Made by a program: the position numbers and the translations under genes | Shown here: positions 55,640 to 64,000 of the stretch, piece by piece | Layout of the letters: each line of letters starts with the position of its first letter | Numbering within the stretch: the first letter of the stretch is position 1 | DNA from: Eledone cirrhosa | Lineage: Eukaryota | NCBI GenBank assembly: GCA_964016885.1 | Contig: OZ024742.1 | Location: forward strand, 265,050,001-265,114,000 | Direction: 5' to 3' | DNA: 64,000 nt | The notes under the pieces: generated by a model | The model's input: the letters and a program-made list of their open reading frames with translations, nothing else | What the model was told of the DNA's origin: nothing | Databases searched by the model: none

Positions 55640-58600
55640 TTCCGTAAAGGTTTGTTGTTTTCAGTTGTTTCAAATTGCCATTTATGGACAAATTTTGTTA
55701 AGTTCACATATATTGCTTTCGGAAAAGGACACTCAAAAAGATTGGGGCCTTAAGCACAAAATTTAAACTTTTACAATTATCAAACAAAAAATTTCTTTGA
55801 AAAAATCATGGACGACTCACAGCCACACCAGGCTGACAGCCTTCCTCACAAACAAACACCTCAGACCAACACCGCCATTGTAAATATTACTACGTTTGTC
55901 AACACTAAAAATATAAGCAGTAGCAATAATTCCAATTTGCCTCATGCAAACATTCATTTCCCGCCATTACCAAAAACTGCATGTATTAAAGCCGCCACCC
56001 CCATGCCCACCACAGCGACAACAGAAACAAAAGAAAAAAATAAATTATTATCTCGTGACATCGAAATGGATTCACTGAGAATCGACTCTTCCACACCGAA
56101 TACCACTGACGCCACCACCACCACAACTGAAACTAAAAATAACAATAACAACAACAGCAACAACAACAATGAGAATAACAAGAAAAACATCAACACCACC
56201 AAAGCAGCCAAGAAATGCGAAACAATTGCGGTAACTCAGGAGGAATTAAATGAAGCCAAGAGAATGGTAAAGAAAGATGGGTACAGGGTCAGCCCCCCCC
56301 ACCTAATAAAATGGAGCATCGGTGCCTATTAACACAAAATCGCGCCGAGTGGAACGGGCATCCGAGTCCCAAATCCCCAAAGCTTTGGGACATGTGTGGG
56401 CGAAAGAAACCCACATCAGACGTGGGCAGAAATATGGAACCGTGGACGTGTTCTTTGGAACACCACAGGAGGCCAGAGAGCACTCCATGGCCCCAATAAA
56501 AAGCGACGACTTCACACTCGTCCCAATCTATTGTGGCCAGAGACTCGTGAAGATCAGGGAGACCCACGTTCCACCGGCCATCGAAATTCCATGGCTAATG
56601 GCTGCCGTCCTCGCCGGCATCGAGGCCAACACCAAAATAATTGAAATATCAAAAGAAAAGCAGGAGAACTGGTCCGGAACTGGGATGGAGCTCCTGATCC
56701 AAACGGACCAAAAAAGCATTGAGGAAATCCCAGAGGTAATAGACCTCACTAACGGCAGCCACCTCACCGTAATCGTCGAGGGTAGAAGGCCTAGGTGTGT
56801 CGTTTGTGGTGAAGGAACTCAGGCTAAAACGTTTAGGCCACCTCTCTTACCCACCCCAGTGACTCAACCATCAACACCACCAGCAGCAGAAATGGCAGCA
56901 GAAACTGTAGCAGCAACAACAGAAGCAACTGTAGAAGCAACAACCCCAGCAACAGTAGCAAAACCGACACCACCACCACACACCGCGTCAGAACAAGGAC
57001 CAGCGCCTCCACCATCCACCACGCCACAACCAAAGGATTTTCCACTCCCCGACCTATCGCAACTAGAGACAGATTGTGACGACGAGGAGTGGGAAACTGT
57101 ATCAGGAAAAAAGAAAAAAAGAAAAAGACGCCAAAAAAGAAAAAAATTCCTCTTCCTTCCCCCTCCAAAAACAAAATACAGAGGAAAAATAAGAAACTAT
57201 CAAACAAAAAAGTTAGGACAGCTATGCCACCATCCATACCAGCATCAGCAACCCCATCACCACAAACACCAACACCATCACCAGCATTAACCCCAACACC
57301 ACCATCACCAACACCACAAAAGACACCAAAAAGCGATACAGAACCAAATCCACAACAAACGCAAACAAAACAAAACAACCAAAACGATACACACTACACA
57401 GCATTAAATTTGAATAACAAATCCCGCCGAGGTTAACTTTGCCTTTCATCCTTACGGGGTCGATAAAATAAGTACCAGTAATGCACTGGGTAATTGCTGG
57501 CCTTGTGCCTAAAGTAGAAACAATTAAATTTGAATAACAACCAATTATTACACTACATCCAACACAACACCAGCATCACAGAAAAAGACTACACAACACC
57601 TCAAAAGTTCACACCACCTCCACACATACAAATCACTCGCATCACACAAAAAAAGTAACGACACTAAAACAAAAATTTCCCAAAGACATCGCAGACTTCC
57701 GACAAGCACTTTCCAGGAGGATTTATAAGGACATCCTTCCGGAGGAGGCCACAAGCAGTGAAAGGTAAGGAGAAACCATCCTTCCTCTACGAGAAGTAAG
57801 GTAAGTAGTCTTTCCCATCTTTTCCACTCCTTTTCAACATGACCTCACTCAGAATAGGCAGCAGAAATGCGCGTGGCTTGGGGTCGTCATGGAAGCAGGG
57901 CCACCTGCTCAACGAGCTCAGGTCACTAAACATAGATGTAGTGGCTATCAGCGAGACCAGAATCTCCGAAGAAAGGGCCTACGCACCGATCTTTGACGGC
58001 TACGATGTGTACGCATCTCCCAGCCGTCCTGGATCGGGGGGAGGAGTTGCTGTGCTTTTTCGGAGAGGTTTGGATCTCGCCATACGGGCCATCTTCCTGG
58101 ACCCAGAAAGTAAGTTGGTGGTGCTGGACGTGACCAGCGGAGACGGGCAAGCTTTCAGGCTAGTAGCCGTCTATGCCCCGACAGGAGCAGGGCGGCCTTA
58201 TTTCTTCCGGCGTCTGGAGACCTTTCTTGGAACGTCCCGCTCTTTAGTGTTAGTGGGCGACTGGAACGGGATCTTAGATGCACGCTGGGACTGTGTGGGA
58301 TTAGCAGATATGGGAGGAGGGTCCAAGAGCCTCACCAACCTGCTCAGGCGTTTTGAACTCTGTCTGACAGGTACCGATTGGATTTCCCGAATGTACCAAT
58401 GTGGACTTGGACAAACCGCTTCGGGTCATCCAGATCATATCTAGATAGAGTATTTTGTAGGGAAATAGATAGTTCTAGCATAGGCTGTCCACAATTCAAG
58501 ATAGTCAGCTACACGGACCACAAATTCGTGATCTGTGTACTTGACTTAGATAGGCTTCATAGAGGAGGACCCGGCTACTGAAGTTAAACGCGTCCTTACC

Positions 58601-59742
58601 AGCGCGCAAACCCTTCAGAGACCGGATTAACGAACTAATTAAGCGGCCGTTGACGGGGGCCATCGTCAACAGCAAGTGGTGGTTTGCTCTGAAAAGAGCG
58701 ATTAGAATAGAGTCCATTAGGTTTAGTAAGGCTTTAGCTATAGAGAAACATAGAACAGAGGGAGAACTAGGTAGAAAATTAGACGAGGCACTGAGCAATT
58801 GCGACCGATGTACTTGCAGCGAAATTGGCCCTTGACCAATTCTTTAATGCAAAGCACGAAGGCTGCGTAGTCAGAGCTAGGGTGCGTCCTCTCAGACACG
58901 AGGGAACGAAATCCGTTCAATGGACCTGAGTGGCGGAGGCGCGTCGTGGCAACAAAGCCTCGACCCGGTCTTTGGTGGACCACGACGGGCGCATGCTACT
59001 CGATCCCGAGCAAATGTGTGAAGCTTTTCAGCGACACTTCACTCAGCCCTTTGGTGGTAGCGGCGGGCCGGATCGAGGGATGGACTTTAGTGTCTACCTC
59101 GACGGACTGCCGCGGCTCTCGGCCACTGAGGCGGAGTGTTGCGAAAAGCCGATAACAGCCGCTGAAGTACGGGAGGCAATGGCTGGCTGCACAAGGTGTA
59201 AATCGCTTAGTTTGGATGGTCTGCCCTATGAACTTTACGTACAGATGCCAGACTTGTTCGGAGGCCTCTTGGCGGACGTCGACTGCAACTGGCAACAGAA
59301 TGGGAGAATTACCAGCTCTGTGTGCCGAGGAGCGGTGGCGCTACTGAGAAAGGATCCGAACAAGAGGGATAACATAGATAATTTTAGGCCCATAACTCTG
59401 CTAAACACAGAGTTCAAGATTTTGGCCAAGTTTCTAGCAAAGAGGTTGGCGCTTGTCGTTGGTGGTCTGGCGGGAGAGGCGCAGACATGCACCATTCCGG
59501 ACAGATCCATCCACGACAACCTCCACCTCATGCGATACATCGTGGCACGGGTGGGTCCTTGATCAATTTAGATCAGTCGAAAGCTTTCGATAGGGTCGAA
59601 GATCGTTACCTAGCGGCAGTCCCGAGGGCGGCTGGCTTTGGGCCCGTCTTCAGAGGCTGGATCGCTGCCATGCACAGCGACATCTGTCTTGTGGTGAGAG
59701 TGAACGGTAACCTTTCGGAACCGTTCAACATCATGCGCTCGG
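55640..59742 (+). mobile_element. L1/Tx1-like LINE copy A (ORF1 plus APE/RT ORF2, truncated within RT)
   Basis: ORF1 55808-57290 is frameshifted. ORF2 from 57839 has APE motifs (NARGL, ISETR, GGVAVL, VYAP, GDWN, LDRVF, TDHK) and RT motifs (FRPITLLN, DQSKAFDRV). The 5' boundary is approximate. Confidence 0.9.
57421..57522 (+). mobile_element. 5'-truncated SINE family A in the ORF1 tail of LINE copy A, with 18-bp TSD
   Basis: attaaatttgaataacaa at 57403-57420 and 57523-57540. Confidence 0.88.
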
Positions 59743-62700
59743 ATAATTGTGGTCAGAGAATCGTGAAGATCAGGGTGACCCACGTTCCGCCGGCCATCGA
59801 AATTCCCTGGCTAATGGCTTCCGTACTCGCCGACAGCGAGCCCAACACTAAAATAATTGAAGTAACAAAAGTAAAGCAGGAGAACTGGTCCGGAACTGGG
59901 ATGGAGCTCCTGATCCAAGCGGACCAAAAGAACATTGAGGAAATTCTAGAGGGGATAGACCTCAATGACGGCACCCACCTCACTGTAATCGTTGAGGGTA
60001 GAAGGCCTAGGTGTGCCGTTTGTGGCGAAGGAACCCATCTAAAGGCTTTCTGCCCTCAGGCTAAAATGTTGAGGCCACCTCTCCTACCCACCTCAGTGAC
60101 TCAACCATCAAAACAAGCAGCAGAAATGGCAGCAACAACTGTAGCAGCAACAGCAGAAGCAATGGTAGCAGCAACAACCCCAGCAACTCTAGCAGCAACA
60201 GTAGCAAAACCAACACCACCACCACCACCCACCGCGCCAGAATTAGGACCAGCGCCTCGACCATCCACCACGCCACAACCAAAACCATCGCCTGTGGAGG
60301 ATTTTCCTTTCCCCGACCTATCGCAACAGTAGACAGATTGTGACGATGAGGAGGAGTGGGTAACTGTATCAGGAAAAAAGAAAAAAACAAAACAAAAAAG
60401 AAAAAATCCTCCTCCTCCGCCCTCCAAAAACAAAATGCAGGGTGAAGCAAACAAACAAACAAACAAAAAAGTTAAGACAGCTCTGCCACCACCCACACCA
60501 GCATCACCAGCGCCATCACCACAAACACCAACACAATCACCATCATTAACCCCTACACCACTATCACCAACACCACACAAATCACCAACAAGCGAAACAG
60601 AAAGAAACCCACAACAAACGCAAACAAAACAAAACAACCAAAACGATACACACTATACAGCATGCCGAGGTTAACTTTGCCTTTCATCCTTATGGGGTCG
60701 ATAAAATAAAGTACCAGTAATACACTGGGTAATTGCTGGCCTTGTGCCAAAAGTAGAAACAATTAAATTTGAACAATAACAAATTATTACATTACATCCA
60801 ACACAACACCAGCATCACAGAAAAAGATTACACAACACACCAAAAATTCACACCACCTCCACACATACAAATCACTAACATCACACATAAAACGTACACC
60901 ACACTAAAATTAAAATACCCCACGGACATCGGAGACTTCTGACAAACACACTCCAGGAGGATTTATAAAGACATCCTTCCGGAAGAGGCCACAAGCATTG
61001 AGAAGGACGGAAAAACCACCCTTCCTCCACGAGAGGTGAGGTAAATGGTCTTTTCCATCTTTTTCCACTCCTTTTCAACATGACCTCACTTAGAAGAGGC
61101 AGCATAAATGCGCGTGGCCTGGGGTCGTCATGGAAGCAGGGTCACCTGCTCAACGACCTCAGGTCACTAAACATAGATGTGGTGGCCTTCAGCGAGACCA
61201 GAATCTCCGAAGAAAGGGCCTTCGCACCGATCTTCGGCGGCTACGATGTATACGCATCTCCCAGCCGTCCAGGATCAGGGGGAGGAGTTGCTGTGCTTTT
61301 TCGGAGAGGCTTGTATCTCGCCATACGGGCCATCTTCCTGAATCTAGAAGTTAAGTTGGTGGTGCTGGACGTGACCAGCGGAGATGGGCAAACTTTCAGA
61401 CTAGTAGCCGTCTATGCCCCGACAGGAGCAGGGCGGCCTGATTTCTTCCGGCGTCTGGAGACCTTTCTTGGAACGTCCCGCTCTTTAGTGTTAGTGGGTG
61501 ACTGGATCGGGATCTTAGATGCACGCTGGGACTGTGTGGGATTAGTGGATAGGGGAGGAGGATGTAATAGTTTCGCAAACCTGCTCAGACGGTTTCAACT
61601 GTCTGACAGGTACCGTCTGGATTTCCCGAATGTGCCAATGTGGACATGGACAAACCGCATTGGGTCATCCAGATTATATCTAGATAGGGCATTTTGTAGG
61701 GAAATAGATAGTTCTAGCATAGGCTGTTCACAATTCAAGATAGTCGACTACACGGACCACAAATGTGAGGTTGACATAGATATGCTTCATAGACAGGGAC
61801 TCGGCTACTGGAAGCTAAACGCGTCTTTAACAGCGCGCAAGGCCTACAGAGACCGGATTAGCGAACTAGTTAAGCGGGAGTTCACGGGGGCCATCGTCAA
61901 CAACAAATGGTGGTTTGCACTGAAAAGAGCGATTAGAATAGACTCCATTAGGTTTAGTAAGGTTTTAGCAATAGAGATAAATAGAGCAGAGGGAGAACTA
62001 GTTAGAAAATTAGACGAGGCGCTTAGTAAAGGCATCGCGACCGACGTCCTTGCGGCGAAATTGGCCCTTGACCAATTCTTCAATGCAAAGCACGAAGGCT
62101 GCGTAGTCAGAGCTAGGGTGCGTGCTGTCAGACACCAGTGGACGAAAGCAGTTCAATGGACCCAAGTGGCTGAAGCGCGTCGTGGCAACAAAGCCACGAT
62201 CCGGTCTTTGGTGGACCACGACGGGCGCATGCTACTCGATCCCGGGCAAATGAGTGAAGCTTTTCAGCGACACTCCGCCCAGCTGTTCGGGGGCAGCGGT
62301 GGGCCGGATCGTCGGATGGACTTTAGTGCCTACTTATACGGACTGCCGCGGCTCTCGGCCACTGAGGCGGAGTGTTACAGAAAGCCGAAAACAGCCGCTG
62401 AAGTACGGTAGGAAATGACTGGCTGCACAAGGGGTAAATCGCCTGGTTCTGATGGTTTGCCCTACGAACTTTACGTACACATGCCAGACTTTTTCGGAGA
62501 CCTCATGGCAGATATCTACTGAAACTGGCAAGAGAATGGAAGAATTCCCAGCTATGTGAGCCGAGGAGCGGTGGCGCTGCTGAGAAAGGATCCGAACAAC
62601 GTGGATAAAATAGATAATTTCAGGCCCATAACTCTGCTAAACACAGAGTTCAAGATTTTGGCCAAGCTGCTAGCAAAGAGGTTGGCGCTTGTCGTTGGTG

Positions 62701-64000
62701 GTCTGGTGGGAGAGGCGCAGAGATGCGCCATTCCAGACATATCCATCCACGACAACCACCACCTCATGCGATACATCCTGGAGAGGGTAGCAGGGGAACC
62801 TGGCACAGGTGGGTCCTTGATCAATTTAGATCAGTCGAAACCTTTCCATAGGGTCGACCATCGTTATCTGGCGGATATCCTGAGGGCGGCCGGCTTTGGG
62901 CCCGTCTTCAGAGGCTGGATCGCTGCCATGCACAGCGACATCTGCTCTGTGGTGAGAGTGAACGGTCACATTCGGAACCGTTCATTATTATGCGCTCGGT
63001 ACGCCAATGATGTCCCCTCTCGTCCCTGTTGTACGTATTGACTCTCGAACCATTACTGCACAAATTGGAGACGTCGAGGGGGGTCCCGCGTGAACTGGCA
63101 TGCGGAAGATCCGTGTCAGCATATACAGACGATGTCGCCGTAGTGGTGTCTAAGAGAATACGAAGCGGTGACAGGAGCAATGTTCAACCAGGAAAACTCG
63201 GGGGGGGGGGATGCAGCTCGGCACCTGGAGAGGCAGGTCCATGCGGTCCAACAGCGTCGTCGGGCGCTGGACGGACGGACTGGTTAAATTGCTAGGGGTC
63301 TAGTTCGGTCCATATCTGCAGACGGACAAAAACTGGGACGAGGTGACGAGCAGGGTCGCTTCTCTCACCCAGAAATGGGCGGAGAGGAAGCTATCCCTGA
63401 AAGGTCGAGCGGAGGTGGCGAATGCTTACATCGCGTCCGTCATCTACTACCGTCTGACCGTCGTTCCGTGTCCTAAGCCTCGCCTGACTGCGCTGGAATG
63501 TTTGCTCTTTCGCTTTTTGTGGAAGGGACGCGCTCCGATGATCAGGTGGTCCATCTGCTGTCAACACCCGCTACGTGGAGGGCTGGGCATGCCGTGGCTG
63601 ATGAAACGCAGACACGCGCTCAGGCTACGACATCTCCACCTCTTCCTCGGCGGTGATCAGGTGTGGTCGCCGTTTGCTAGACGCGTGTTTCCCCAGCTCG
63701 TCTCCTTGATGGAGCTGCAGTCCTGGGTCAAGCGAAGACCGAGAGGGAGCGCTTGGAGACGGGATTGTCTTCAGGCGCTCACAGCCCTCGACCAGTCGGG
63801 TAATGTGATCGGTGGAAACTCCATTTCAGCGTTCTATTGAGGATTAGTGGAGGGGTAGAGCGACGACATACTTGGGGAGACTCTGGGCGCCGACGAAAAT
63901 CAACTAGGTAATCTGTTCGGGAGAACTTTCGGGCCGGGCCCTATGGACAAATTCCAGAAATCCCTTCCTGGCAGTGCTACCGAGGAGCTTTGCCAGTTCG
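59743..64000 (+). mobile_element. L1/Tx1-like LINE copy B (partial ORF1; ORF2 runs off the window)
   Basis: ORF1 has an intact CAVCGEGTHLKAFC knuckle. ORF2 pieces 61080-62411, 62556-63041, 63029-63295 (AYTDD) and 63343-63840 are interrupted by stops and frameshifts. Confidence 0.92.
60664..60762 (+). mobile_element. 5'-truncated SINE family A in LINE copy B
   Basis: Same 3' junction as the SINE in copy A; no TSD. Confidence 0.85.

Noticed and set aside
56289-63300. Antisense and alternative-frame ORFs overlapping the Tx1-like LINEs
   Set aside because: Shadow ORFs of GC-rich or low-complexity coding sequence with no independent motifs.

Overview
AT-rich, microsatellite-saturated eukaryotic DNA with no host gene that can be supported. 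The repeat content (tRNA-derived SINEs of the octopod type, long TA/CA/GA tracts) suggests a coleoid cephalopod, probably Octopus; this is inference. Identifiable content is almost entirely mobile DNA. It includes two R4/Dong-type RLE non-LTR retrotransposons (one nearly full length), five L1/Tx1-type LINE pieces including a head-to-tail pair, several Penelope-like elements (PLEs; YRDD/GIY-YIG Naiad-like and a Neptune-like fragment), CR1 and RTE fragments, a mariner and its MITE, a hAT MITE, Helitron 3' ends and about 20 SINEs. The most striking hidden layer is a dense set of minimal type-I hammerhead ribozyme (HHR) motifs: about 12 recognisable copies from about 9 unrelated sequence families, mostly in inverted-repeat PLE pseudo-LTRs. 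A further six copies form a retrozyme-like family with a fixed CAGAAGA (U4A) core variant. Other leads are a SINE 3' end that resembles the Tx1-like LINE 3' end and targets ATTA sites, a CR1 inserted into a ribozyme loop, and a pseudoknot-capable Dong 5' UTR. All RNA folds were made by eye and none were computed.
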